A stretch of DNA of 64,000 nt. It comes from Eledone cirrhosa (taxonomy: Eukaryota). Shown piece by piece: positions 14,364 to 28,197 of this stretch. Each line of letters opens with the position of its first letter. The stretch's first letter is position 1. Under the pieces are notes generated by a model. That model did not search any database, was not told the DNA's origin, and saw only the letters and a list, made by a program, of their open reading frames with translations. The stretch covers positions 15,686,001-15,750,000 of the forward strand of contig OZ024749.1 in the NCBI GenBank assembly GCA_964016885.1. The letters run 5' to 3'. The position numbers were made by a program, and so were the translations under genes.

Positions 14364-16216
14364 TAAATTAATATATATGATGAAACATAAATACCAACAT
14401 ATCTGTGTTTATATTGTAAAAGAAATTAAGTTAGCTAGAATGAAATATACTAATTATAATATTACAGCCTGCCTATATCGATTTAAAATAATAAATCAAC
14501 ACAAACAAACAGTATTGGCAAATGGCCATGGTGTTTAGACAAATTTAAATTTCAAAATCAAACCTGTTCCGTAGATAAGTTTAAACTTTAAAATCCAAAT
14601 ATGTTTCGAGATAAATAAGTGTAAGGATATCTTGTCCAGCTCTCTCAGTAAACACCCAGAACAAATTGATATGCTTCACTTATAAATATTTTAAAAGACT
14701 GTTTAACGCACATACATGGTTTTACAGTTTCTAGCCAGCCTCATACTCGTACTGCTAGAAATAACAGCCGTATATATGGGGCTACTATCAGCTCAACCTA
14801 GCAATTATATTAAGTGTATTGAGTTCAAAACTCAAGCATTGCTTTACAATGAAATAGCTCAAACAAAAAAATATTTCTGAGCCGTGTAATAAATATAAAT
14901 TAATATATATGATGAAACACAAATACCAACATATCTGTGTTTATATTGTAAAAGAAATTAAGTTAGCTAGAATGAAATATACTAATTATAATATTACAGC
15001 CTGCCTATATCGATTTAAAATAATAAATCAACACAAACAAACAGTATTGGCAAATGGCCATGGTATTTAGACAAATTTAAATTTCAAAATCAAACCTGTT
15101 CCGTAGATAAGTTTAAACTTTAAAATCCAAATATGTTTCGAGATAAATAAGTGTAAGGATATCTTGTCCAGCTCTCTTCAGTAAACACCCAGAACAAATT
15201 GATATGCTTCACTTATAAATATTTTAAAAGACTGTTTAACGCACATGGTTTTACAGTTTCTAGCCAGCCTCATACTCGCACTGCTAGAAATAACAGCCGT
15301 ATATATGGGGCTACTATCAGCTCAACCTAAGGAGCAATTATATTAAGTGTATTGAGTTCAAAACTCAAGCATTGCTTTACAATGAAATAGCTCAAACAAA
15401 AAAATATTTCTGAGCCGTGTAATAAATATAAATTAATATATATGATGAAACATAAATACCAACATATCTGTGTTTATATTGTAAAAGAAATTAAGTTAGC
15501 TAGAATGAAATGTACTAATTATAATATTACAGCCTGCCTATATCGATTTAAAATAATAAATCAACACAAACAAACAGTATTGGCAAATGGCCATGGTGTT
15601 TAGACACATTTAAATTTCAAAATCAAACCTGTTCCGTAGATAAGTTTAAACTTTAAAATCCAAATATGTTTCGAGATAAATAAGTGTAAGGATATCTTGT
15701 CCAGCTCTCTTCAGTAAACACCCAGAACAAATATAATTAGGTTGAGCTGATAGTAGCCCCATATATACGGCTGTTATTTCTAGCAGTACGAGTATGAGGC
15801 TGGCTAGAAACTGTAAAACCATGTGCGTTAAACAGTCTTTTAAAATATTTAGAAGTGAAGCATATCAATTTGTTCTGGGTTTATCTCGAAACATATTTGG
15901 ATTTTAAAGTTTAAACTTATCTACGGAACAGGTTTGATTTTGAAATTTAAATTTCTCTAAACACCATGGCCATTTGCCAATACTGTTTATTTGTGTTGAT
16001 TTATTATTTTAAATCGATATAGGCAGGCTGTAATATTATAATTAGTATATTTCATTCTAGCTAACTTAATTTCTTTTACAATATAAACACAGATATATTG
16101 GTATTTGTGTTTCATCATATATATTAATTTATATTTATTACACGGCTCAGAAATATTTTTTTGTTTGAGCTATTTCATTGTAAAGCAATGCTTGAGTTTT
16201 GAACTCAATACACTTA

Positions 16217-16220
<4 letters not shown>
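14359..16220. repeat. Non-coding 532-533-bp unit: 2.6 tandem copies followed by one inverted copy, embedded in (TA)n
   Basis: Units start at 14359, 14891 and 15424 (truncated at 15732). Reverse-complement unit spans about 15733-16220. Confidence 0.9.
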
Positions 16221-16302
<82 letters not shown>

Positions 16303-16479
16303 AAATAACCAATAATATATTCTATAAAAAATGTCAAAACAACAGATGGGAATCTAATTAATCACTGCCACCAAGAATTCTCACTGCTATCGAAAAACCA
16401 CTCCTTCAACTATTCTTCTAACAACTTCACCCCTTCCTCCTAATATTCTCTATAAAAACTAAATAGGTCCTCAGTAATA

Positions 16480-16596
16480 TTATTCTGATGAAATGACAGT
16501 AAACAATAACATTGAAATATTGAATGTCTGCATAACTAAAAGTTTGTAGATAGCTGTTTTAGGTTATGTAACTGTTATAGAAACACGTGTCAATAA
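16480..16596 (+). ncRNA. Type I hammerhead motif with expanded stem II (88 nt)
   Basis: TTATT-CTGATGA-A-ATGACAG...CTGTTAT-A-GAAA-CACGT-GTC-AATAA. Stem III palindrome ACACGTGT. Confidence 0.75.
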
Positions 16597-16630
16597 ATTC
16601 CTTTCAACTAAACTGTATCCATTCAAATCT

Positions 16631-16764
<134 letters not shown>

Positions 16765-16807
16765 TATATATATAATATATATCTATATCTATATATATAT
16801 ATTAGAT

Positions 16808-16946
<139 letters not shown>

Positions 16947-16954
16947 TATATATA

Positions 16955-18557
16955 CAGTGCCCCGCAAAAGTTTACAATACATCAGGAAAAATGCAGTTTT
17001 AGGTATTTTTCATAAAGTTAGGGTAATGAAAATTTAACTACTGATAGAACATATAATGAGGCATTTAATGATACAATCATATTTAAAAAAAAATAACAAG
17101 GAAATAACACATGAAGAAAAATCAATATTTTTATAACGCAAAAGTTTACAACACATTTTATATTTATCGCTTTTTTTCAAGAAAATTCTTAAATTTTCAG
17201 ATTTAAAATTCAGTAGATTGTTCTAGATTAGGTTTAAGGTAACTTCTAAGGACTATTAAAAACATTACATCATTGTTTGTCTGACAACAATCCTGTAAAC
17301 ATTGACAACCGTCCTGTAAACATGGACAATATGGGGACAAATAAATTGATTGATCAAGACCTCTGTAAACGCATTGTAGACCTTCATACAAATGGTGTTG
17401 GTTATAGAAAGATATCTTGTCAGTTAAATGTGCCATTGAGTTCAGTTGGTACAATAATTCGTCACTGGAAATCTCATAATTCCATCTTTCCTTTAATTAG
17501 TTCTGGTTGTCCTAGAAAGATAACGGAACGTGCAGCTCGGTTATTGACGAGAATGGTTGACAACGAACCCCGGTGTACTCTTAAAAATCTTCAGGATGAC
17601 CTAGAAGAAAGTGGAGTAAAAGTGAGCACAGATACAATTAGTCGTTCACTTCGTCTATATAATATCTTCTCGAGGTCTCCAAGGAAAACACCACTTCTTA
17701 CGAGGAAACACGTTCTTCGTCGATTAAACTTTGCAAATGAGCATCTCATCAAACCTGCGTCATTTTGGCAAGATGTACTTTAGTCGGACGAAACAAAAAT
17801 TGAACATTTTGGTCGAAATGCTGTGGCAAAAGTCTGGAGAAAGAAAGGTACTGAATATTCGCTGAAGAATACTATTCCAACTGTAAAATTTGGAGGTGGA
17901 TCAATCATGGTCTGGGGTTGCTTTAGTGCCACAGGAGTAGGAAATATTGAAATAATAGAAGGAAGAATGGGTGGCACTTATTATAGAGGTATTTTCCAAA
18001 GGAATTTACATCAAAGTACACATTCTCTCAGCTTAAAGCCAGGTTGGTTTTTTGAACAAGATAACAATCCAAAGCATACTGCAAAGCTAACACAATCTTG
18101 GTTAAGTACGAATGGAATAAATGTTCTAGAATGACCATGTCAGTCTCCAGATCTTAACCCGATCGAAAATTTGTGGAGAGAATTCAAAAAAGGAAACCCC
18201 AAAATATCCCTGAACTAAAGAAAATTTGTTGTGAAGAATGGATAAATATTAGCCAAGAAACATGCAAGAAGTTTGTAGGAGGCTATTCCAAACGCCCTAC
18301 AGGCTGTAATTAGCAACAAAGGTTACGCTACGAAATATTAAGAGATGATTTAATAAATCTGTTGTAAACTTTTGCGTTATAAAAATATTGATTTTTCTTC
18401 ATGAGTTATTTCCTTGTTATTTTTTTAAAACTATGATTGTATCATTAAATGCCTCATTATATGTTCTATCGGTAGTTAAATTTTCATTACCCTAACTTTA
18501 TTAAAAATACCTAAAACCGCATTTTTCCTAATGTGTTGTAAACTTTTGCGGGCACTG
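16955..18557 (+). mobile_element. Tc1-family DNA transposon with ~199-bp IR/DR terminal inverted repeats
   Basis: TA|CAGTGCCCGCAAAAGTTTACAA ... TTGTAAACTTTTGCGGGCACTG|TA. TIRs at 16955-17153 and 18360-18557, each with an inner repeat of CGCAAAAGTTTACAA. Confidence 0.93.
17331..18341 (+). pseudogene. Tc1-type DDE transposase, inactivated
   Basis: HTH region (GYRKIS, GCPRK), VL*SDETK (W->TAG at 17781), PTVKFGGGSIMVWGCF, QDNNPKH, *PCQSPDLNPIENLW (W->TGA at 18132), a frameshift near 18190, and a GYATKY* end. Confidence 0.9.
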
Positions 18558-19883
18558 TATATATATATATATATAAAAATTTAATTTAATTGGCTTAAAA
18601 TTAGTATCCTTATACAGACGGATTGCAGAGTGTCATGTAATCATAGAATGGGATGTGTTTTGGATGTATACCTAGTTAATATATTCTTTGCAATTTTTGA
18701 AAAAATATGTATATGTATGTATGTATATGTATGTGTATGTGTGTACGTATATGTGTATATATATATATATATATGTGTATATATATATATATATATATGT
18801 GTATGTATATGTATATGTATATGTATTAATTTTGATTTCTATTTGCATATAATTATATTCTGCTATTGATAAAATACAATATCTGTTTTATTTATTATAT
18901 ACCTAATTAACATATACTATAGAAATTAATATATAATTTTTAATTTAGTTAACCTATAATTTATATTCTACTACCGATGTAATACTTTATTTGTTTTTTC
19001 CCTATTACTAAATTCATTTCCTAATATTGATACCATAACGTTAATAACTTTAATTTAGTTATACTATAATTAATACTCTACTACTATTTAACTTCAAAAT
19101 TCTGCTTCAAATATTATAAACCTAACTAATTTACACCTTAGAAATCAATATGTTAACTATCTTTAGTTTAGTTAACATATAATTAATGGTATACTTATTT
19201 TGAAATGCATAAATTTTGCCTTATTTCTTGTATTTCCTAACACTGAAACTATGTAAAAACATACATTGGATCCAGATACAGATAATATTCTATGTTTCTT
19301 GAAACATATATTTACTATAATCCCCTTCTCCACCCCCCCCCTTTCCCCCATACTATTATCATCTGTGTTTGTAAGCGTGTATGTATGAATATATATGTAG
19401 GTAGGTGTATATATGTTTGGGTATTTATATCTGAATATAAAAATACATATATGCGCATGCAAATAAGAATGTAAGATTGTGTGTGTATATATATGTGTGT
19501 ATGTATATATATATGTGTATATATGCATGTGTATATATATGTGTATGTGTATATATATATATATATATGTGTATATGTGTATATGTGTGTGGGCGTGTAT
19601 GTGTGTGTGTATATATATATATGTATATATATATATATGTGTGTATGTATGTATATATATATATGTGTGTATATATATGTATGTCTCTCTATATATATGT
19701 CTATCTTCGTATCTATGTGGGTATATGTGTGTATGTACATGTATGCACATGTATGTGTTTATGTGTATATGTGTGTATGTGTATATATGTACGTGTGCGC
19801 ACATATATATGTGAGTGTGTGTGTGTGTGTGTGTATATGTATATATATATGTATATCTATGTGTGTATATATGTCTATATTCG

Positions 19884-19920
<37 letters not shown>

Positions 19921-20479
19921 TATTATTATAATATAACTTATGTGTATGTGTGTATATGTGAGGGTCTGTATATGTATATATATGTGTATATATATGTGTA
20001 AAAAATATATATGTGTATGTGTGTTTTTTTTTTTGTGTGTGTGTATATATATGTATGTATATATGTGTGTATGTGTGTGTTTGTATGTGTGTTTATGGTT
20101 GTATGTGTGTGTGGGTGTATATATATAAATGTATGTGTATATATATATATATATATGTGTATATGTATCTCTATTAATGTGTGTATATATGTATATGTAT
20201 ATACCTTTTTCTTTGTATGTCTGAGTTGTGTGAGAGTGTAGTGGTGTTTGTATGTATATACGCATATATGGATGCGTATGTATTTGTATATATGAGTATA
20301 TGTAAGTGCGTATGTATGTATGAATATATATCTATGTCTATGTATGAGTATATATGTGTGTGTATGTATGTTGTGTGTGTATGTATGTATGTGTCTATGT
20401 GTGTATATATATATATATGTATGTGTGTATATGTATGTATGTATGTGTATGTATGTACATATATGTCTATGTATATGTG

Positions 20480-20560
<81 letters not shown>

Positions 20561-20750
20561 TTATTTTATATATATGTGTGTGTGTGTATGTGTGTGTGTG
20601 TATATATATCTTTATATATGTGTATGTGTATGTTCGTGTAGGTGTATGTGTGTGTATGACTATATATGTATGTGTGTATGTGTGTATGTATGTATATGTA
20701 TGTGTGTGTACATGTATGTATGTGGATGTATATATATGTGTGTATATGTG

Positions 20751-20815
<65 letters not shown>

Positions 20816-20903
20816 GTATGTGTGTATATGTGTGTATGTATGTATATGTATATGTTTATATATGTGTGTGTATGTATGTTCTAAGTGTAGATGTGTGTAT
20901 GTG

Positions 20904-20962
<59 letters not shown>

Positions 20963-21601
20963 ATATATATATATATATATTTTCTTGATATATTTCTTTT
21001 TTCTTTTTTCTTTTTCTTTTCTTTCCTTTTTAATTTTTATTTTTTATTTCTTAGTTTATAGATACATCTATAAATAAGCAGTCTGCCCAAACCGTTGAAT
21101 ACTGACCTCTCCCCCCCTCCCACCTAATTTCTGTATCTTGATCTAAATGTGTGTGGCAGTGTTTATGTGAGTGAATTAATATCCATGTGCTTATGATAAT
21201 ATTATATCCACATATATATATGTGTGTGGGGGTGTGTGTGTGTATGTATGTTCGTAATTATGTGTATGTTTATGCATATACGCGCGCGTGTGTGTGATTG
21301 TACGGATATGTGTGAGTATGAGAATATGTGTATACACTTATTTCATATTTATGTGTCTATACGCATCTTATCTGTGCATTATAAACTTACAGAGACATTA
21401 ACCTTGAAATTTTGTATTTGCATGCATCTTTTTGGTATGCGTATGCATGTTGAGCATACATTTTTGTATAAATATGTGTACGGGGTAGTTACATGTATAT
21501 ACACACACCGAATTGCATAAAACCTTTTGTATTTTCATTGGTCAATTTTGTTCCCAAACGGACCTGAAATTTTGAATTGTTGTTATTATCAATAAATATA
21601 T

Positions 21602-21755
21602 TTCATTATTTCTGAAGACGGCGTATATATGTGTTGGTATGTATATTTAATCTTGATAGTTTGTATAATTTTGTATAATTTTGTACATAGATCTGTTGAA
21701 CATGCATGCCAATTCTAACACATATATATCCTAGAAACGATCGTTAAATAATGAA
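21602..21755 (+). ncRNA. Type I hammerhead motif with expanded stem II (115 nt)
   Basis: TTCATTATTT-CTGAAGA-...TATATATGTGTTGG..CTAACACATATATA...-GAAA-CGATC-GTT-AAATAATGAA. Perfect 10-bp stem I, palindrome ACGATCGT. Confidence 0.8.
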
Positions 21756-21809
21756 CTTTTTTTGTTTAATATAAGGAACTGTTTCATTGTTTTATTCATT
21801 ATTTGTTTA

Positions 21810-22035
<226 letters not shown>

Positions 22036-22216
22036 GATATATATATATAATATATATATGATAATAAGGGCGCTGCGGAGTTGCAAATGGGTTACATATG
22101 AAAAAAGTTTGTCCTTCATCAGTGATCTTCCAACCATCAAAGCGATGAAATGCCTATGATGGTTGGAAGATCACTGATGAAGGACAAACTTTTATAATAT
22201 ATATATATCTGTAAGA

Positions 22217-22400
22217 GTTCTATTTAAATTGTTGGGATACAACAAGCAAATATTTTTATAACTGATATAAAGCACTCAACAAATATTTGGAGTAAAAATA
22301 CGATATTAACAAATGGAAACTATATTTATAAAACCATATTTATTTCATTATACATATTTCAAGGACACAAAGTTAAATTATGGTGTGCTTTACTTTCCCT
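22217..22400. repeat. Dispersed HHR-tail (pLTR-like) family; copies at 4643-4760, 5125-5185 (inverted), 30901-30990, 54876-55040
   Basis: Shared ATTGTTGGGATACAACAAG...CGATATTAACAAATGGAAACTATATTT..CATATTTC sequence, always abutting (TA)n. Confidence 0.8.
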
Positions 22401-22552
22401 ATTTTTCCACGGTTACTTTTTTGCATGTTCCTTTCACCTGTGTCTTCCCACGATGGGATCTCTACACTTTATTTATATATATATATATATATATATAAAA
22501 TGGTCTAACCAGGTTTTTACTTCATTCATATTGACTTATCTCTCTCTCTCTA

Positions 22553-22591
<39 letters not shown>

Positions 22592-22763
22592 ATGTATAAC
22601 GTTAACTGTCTCTAATAGGTAAACGTCTCAATGAGGGATAAGGTATCTTAACAAATTATCTACTCAGAGAAGTAATAAAATATATTAAACGTAAGCCAAA
22701 ATCTCAATTTGGTGATGGATATAAGCTAGACTGACTAAAATAAGTTGGTTTTACTTATATAAT

Positions 22764-22863
22764 TCCTCTACTATGGTTTCTGGAACTCAAGAAACAACAT
22801 CAGTAATTCCAAGACATTGGGATAACCAATATTGGAAGAATTAAAGTTCCTTCATCAGAAGGA
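22764..22863 (-). ncRNA. Type I hammerhead motif with expanded stem II (71 nt)
   Basis: Minus strand: TCCTT-CTGATGA-A-GGAACT...AGTTCC-A-GAAA-CCATA-GTA-GAGGA, with an internal hairpin in loop II. Confidence 0.8.
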
Positions 22864-23091
22864 GAATTCTTAGGAATAAGGGGACAAGTTGAATATATAT
22901 CACACATACCATATCGTTGCCAGATCCTACGATGGACAACGTGTTGCATCGCTGAATCTCAATGTATTAGAGCAATACTTATAGTGATGTTGGAAATAGC
23001 AGCCAAAGCCGTCTAAATCAGCACAACAATGATGGAGCAGTCCATATCTACTAATATAATTGTCTTGTGTATTTGTCAGTCACACACTAGA

Positions 23092-23590
23092 GATGACTGA
23101 GGAAAGAAGGGGTGCTTATGTCGACAGAGGAAGGAAGGGGTGATAATTCGACAGAGGAAGGAAGGGGTGATAATTCGACAGAGGAAGGAAGGGGTGATAA
23201 CGTCAACTGAGGAAGGAAGGGATGATTACGTCGACTGAGGAAGGAAGAGTGATTACGTCGAGAGAGGAGGGAAGGGTGATTACGTCGACTGAGGAGGGAA
23301 GGGTGATAGTGTCGACTGAGGAAGGAAGGGGTGATTACGTTGACAGAGGAAGGAAGGGGTGATATTGTCGACAGAGGAAAGAAGGCGTGATTACGTCGAC
23401 TGAGGAGGGAAGGGGTGATAATGTCGACAGAGGAAGGAATGGGTGATTACGTCGACTGAGGAAGGAAGGGGTGATTAAGTCGACTGAGGAAGGAAGGGGT
23501 GATTACGTCGACTGAGGAAAGAAGGGGTGATTACGTCGACTATGGAAGGAAGGGGTGATTACGTCGACTGAGGAAGGAAGGGGTGATTAA
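23092..23590. repeat. ~28-bp minisatellite (GTCGACTGAGGAAGGAAGGGGTGATTAC)n, about 17 copies
   Basis: Direct tandem periodicity. Confidence 0.92.
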
Positions 23591-24178
23591 TACACACACT
23601 CATGTATGTGATGACTGAAGAAGGGGAGGTGTGAGAAACTATAGTAGTCCAGCGTTCTAAGATTCGTCACAGCTCTGTGTTTCTATCTTTGTATCACTTA
23701 TGTGAGTGAGCGGAAAGGAACCAACCAACCAAACAACAAAAGACATCTCTTTTTATATCATGTATAGATATTACGATTAGCCGTCATTTTTGACAGCACG
23801 GAGCCAGTTAGTTAATTTATAATATTGATTGTTCCATCATGTGTGGGGATGCTATAAAGAAGTTTATAAAATAAGGTGATGATCCTTAAAGAAGGGGAAA
23901 CAAGTTGACATCGGCGGTTATGAGGAAACGAAGCTCACATCTCTCAGGCCGATGCCAACTTCTTTTCCCGTATTTTAGGGTCATCACCCTATTTTATAAG
24001 TAATTTTATACCATCTCTGCGAAAGCATACACCACTCTTTATATATATATATATATATACACGTTATTCCGGGTTGAGTCGGAGGTAACCACAGTAAGTA
24101 AGGTACTCAATACATTGCAGAGTATAAAAGTTTTAATATAGATGAGATCCTACAGGACTAGAACTGTTTCATTGCTCC

Positions 24179-24233
24179 TGGGATTCCTGATGATTTCTAA
24201 AGAATGAAACAGTTCTAGTCCTGTAGAATCTCA
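24179..24233 (+). ncRNA. Type I hammerhead ribozyme motif
   Basis: TGGGATTC-CTGATGA-T-TTC-TAAA-GAA-T-GAAA-CAG-TTCTAGTC-CT-GTA-GAATCTCA. 8-bp stem I. Its 3' half is duplicated in inverted orientation at 24128-24173. Confidence 0.85.
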
Positions 24234-24257
24234 TCTATATTAAAACTTATATATATA

Positions 24258-24296
<39 letters not shown>

Positions 24297-25409
24297 AAAT
24301 GTGTGATATCCTTAGTACAGTTATATATAATATTATAATATTATATTATAATATTAAATCATAAATTTTTTAACACTAGAGGTGAAGTCATTCTTTTCCT
24401 TTTTTTCAAATATATATATATATATATATAGTATTAAGGATACTATTTATCGATATAACCATGGGGTCTAGTGACTCGGCGCAGGTCACTGATTTCGTCG
24501 GCCTATACTTACTTAATGAAATCCATAAGGACCTTCCATACCTCAACGGTGGTTTGTACGGCGATGATGCACTTCTACTTATAGAATATAAAAAATTCAA
24601 TATAGAAAGAACTAGAAAACTATTGCACAGGACATTCAAAAACTATAACCTTAGTATCACCATGGACAAAAACACTAAAAACGTTAACTTCCTAGACGCC
24701 ACACTATACCCAGACTCAAATATATATACACCTTTCCATAAGCCTAACGAAAAACTCATTTACGTGTATACCAAGTCTAATCACCCTAGATCAATATTAA
24801 ACTCTATCTCTAAGGGGGTATCCAATAGAATCTCTAATCTATCCTATGACGCAAACATATTTAGCAAAAACTCGCAATATTATAATCAAGCATTAGCTAG
24901 ATCCGGCCATAATATAGAGATTGAGTTCCTACCTACGAAAACACATAGCCACAGCATTATCTCGCACAATATGTCCATGAGGAAACCTAGTAATATGAAT
25001 AGCAACCACACGCACACTAAAGCAGAGGGTGCCATCAAAAGTAACCATTACCACAGAAACTACCGTAGTACCTTAGGAGGAAACAACACACCAGACACTA
25101 AAAACAAAATTAGAAGAAGAAATAATACATTTTTCAACCCTCCTTTCAACCTAAACGTCTCCACCAACATACCTAGGGCTTTCTTCTCACTACTAGATAA
25201 AAACTTCCCTCTAGGACACAAGTACCATAACCTTTTAAACAAAAAACACTATTAAAATCTCATACTCTACGACGCCTAACATAGCATACCACATAGCTAG
25301 TAGCAATAAAAGAAAAATTAATTCTTACTTCCAACAAACGAAATCGCAACAGGGGGTAAACCTTCAAAATATCTCTGTAGCAAGTAACCCTAATAACGGC
25401 AGTAATAAT

Positions 25410-25594
25410 TGTTTCTACTTTAGGCACAAGGTCAGCAATTACCCAGTGCATTACTGGTACTTTATTTTATCGACCCCGTAAGGATGAAAGGCAAAGTCAA
25501 CCTCGGCGGGATTTGAACTCAGATCGTAAAGGGACGTAACTATGCTGGAAAGCATAGCGTCCGACCCTCTACTGATACTGCCAATCCACCGCCC
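25410..25594 (-). mobile_element. SINE family 1 inserted in the PLE ORF with a 15-bp TSD
   Basis: AACGGCAGTAATAAT at 25395-25409 and 25595-25609 flanks a full SINE copy. Confidence 0.88.
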
Positions 25595-27599
25595 AACGGC
25601 AGTAATAATAGTAATAGCACTAGTATAAGCAATAACACCGGGGACGACAACCCACATATCCAAAATCCTATAGCCACCACCCGGACTTCTGCACAGCATT
25701 ATAACCAGCAGACTAACACCCAGAATAATTGTAACTGTAGAGCAAATAGAACCTGCCCTTTAGATAAAAAATGCCTAATCAAGGATATCATATACTCATG
25801 CACCGTCACAACTAGCAACTCTTCAGAAACCTATGTAGGCTCCACTTCTAACTGCTTCAAAACCAGGTATAATTCGCACATCCACTCGTTCAAAAAGCAC
25901 AGTCTAGCCAATTCCACCTCACTATCTAGCTACATACACTATCTAAAAACTAAAAATAAACCTTACACACTCAAATGGGAAGTGATAGGTAGCGCGACTC
26001 CATACAAACCACCTAATACATTTTGTAACCTCTGTATACTAGAGACCCACACTATTATCTTCTCTAACCATAACCTACTTAACAAAAAATCTGAAGTGTT
26101 CGCAACTTGCCAGCACCGCTTCAGACATTTCTTCCAAAACTTTAAGCCCAATATATAGCAATGTCGGACTTGAACTAGACACCACCTCTAGCATCAAACA
26201 CCAAGGGCACACCTTATACCACATCCCCACACTCATTGATCTAATATAACACTAATCGGGACATCCCTCTAGAACCCTTCTCAGTAGGAATACCCCTTTG
26301 TACTTCTACTTTAGGTGTGACTACATCCAGTTGCTTGAACTGCACTACACCACTTTATAATTAATGTAAAATTTAAACATTGAATTGATTATATTGTTGG
26401 TGCTATGCGGGTGAAGTGCCATCGTTGGATAAATGGAAGACTAATTAATCTAGTAACGTTGATGAGCTGTATAACCGGTATGCTGAGTGCAGTGGTTGTA
26501 TTGCAGGTGGCGTATGAGTTGTACATATATGTATGAATTGATGGTCAGATTAGTGGCAGGAGGAGTGTAGATTGACCTCTGGTCTACCCTAGTGATAGTT
26601 AACTTTCGACATCCAATATAACATGCACTGACCCAGAGCTTACCAGGGATTATTATATATTGAAGTGATTCTATAATAACCCTGCCAGGTTCTATGAGTA
26701 GACTACAATCACAATGATCATTGATTTAGAAATCTCGCTCATCGTGTAAAATATTCAATTGTGGCACTCTATAATGGAGGATAATCACCATAATAGGAAC
26801 ACCTTCAGCACAGCTTAATAGACTACATTATAGTTAAGACACTTTAAATTTTTAGAAACTATGTATAACCATATAAGTTGGGGACTATTTTGAGACACCA
26901 TTTAATAGTTAGTAATAGAAACCACTGAGTTACCTCCCCTCATGCATTAACTCCCCTTAGTCACACACACACTTCCGGAAAATATTCGATGTCGATTCTC
27001 GCAACTTAACAACCTGCTTTATTGAGCTAAAGACCAACAAACTACGATTCTCTAATAGGATCGTCAAACGCCCAATATCGAATCGTCGTGGATTATGTGA
27101 GGGGCATATAATCTGAAAAATACGCTCCCCGGACTGTGAAAATGTTGCTGTGCATGAAATCCATATTATCGCTTTGCTACGCATTTCCAATATTTTTAAT
27201 GCTTATATTATTTCTCCATGCACAGGCTATAACAATCATATAAAGAATTCATTACCAGTTCAACCCCCTTAACACTCTTGATCACCTGTTTAAGTGCTTC
27301 TATTACATGTAACACTCTCCCACACTATAGCATTATATAAACAAGACGCACATGCTTGCCACACGTGTAACTATTGCACTCAATAACTGCTTATAACTAT
27401 CCTATCGCATTAATTTCATGTTGTATTTTAACCTGTATTTTTGATTTTATCTTTTAATATGAATGTAATCTCTAAATGTATACTGCCAAACTAAATGCTG
27501 TAATGGATGTCGTCCCACCAAGCAACAATATTTGCATATGTATCTGTATGTCTCTTGGGTTGAAAAGGAGGTCATATAAGTGTTCATTTATTAATAAAT

Positions 27600-27645
27600 T
27601 GCTCCGAAGATTCCAACCTCGGTTTGGAGGAAACAGTTGTAAGCA
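27600..27645 (+). ncRNA. Hammerhead motif at the PLE 3' end, one core substitution
   Basis: TGCT-CCGAAGA-T-TCCAA..TTGGA-G-GAAA-CAGTT-GTA-AGCA (U4->C). Confidence 0.65.
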
Positions 27646-27680
27646 TAAAAATGTTTTGAACAGTTCTTTGATTCTTATAA

Positions 27681-27740
<60 letters not shown>

Positions 27741-27746
<6 letters not shown>

Positions 27747-28015
27747 AAGAGTGAAGAATAACATGGTCGGCTGTACAAAAAGGGTTTTATTTACAGTATT
27801 AACAATTGTTTCATTGATCAGGTGAGTCTAAAGGCTGCTAATCACCCGAAGTTGCGTCACTCGATATTAAATACACACACGGTATTTCAGGTCGAGTGAC
27901 GCAACTTCGAGTGATTAGCAGCCATTAGACTCACCTGATCAATGAAACAATTGTTAATACTATAAATAAAACCCTTTTTGCACAGCCGACCATGTTATTC
28001 TTCACTCTTTCACTA
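27741..28015. repeat. 124-bp fold-back of an HHR 3' half plus tail
   Basis: Arms 27741-27864 and 27892-28015. Contains GAAACAATTGTT and tail ACCATGTTATTCTTCACT shared with the 43.3k HHR module. Confidence 0.85.
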
Positions 28016-28197
28016 CTATTACTCCAAGAATAACCTGCATGGGAATTCTCGCAAACTCGCTACCTAATTAAGGAAACCTCTTGTTGAGTCAAACAACGCC
28101 GTACGTTAAAACTGTCCATTCCATAATACAGAGTACTCACAACCTCTAACTGGATTACCTAAATCGATAACTTGTTATCCCATATATATATATATAT

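Larger units (their letters stand above)
24433..27682 (+). mobile_element. 5'-truncated Penelope-like element: RT C-half, GIY-YIG endonuclease and long 3' region ending in an HHR
   Basis: ORF 24461-25255 (MGSSDSAQVTD, GGLYGDD, VNFLDATL, FFNPPF). Then CNCR..CPLDKKC, IIYSC, YVGSTSNCFKTRYNSH, FCNLC..E, LLNKKSE..CQH, ending TAG 26158. Degenerate HHR at 27600, then (TA)n. Confidence 0.88.

Noticed and set aside
23092-23590. CRISPR-like regular repeat; also contains CTGAGGA
   Set aside because: Tandem minisatellite without unique spacers or cas genes, and no hammerhead stems.
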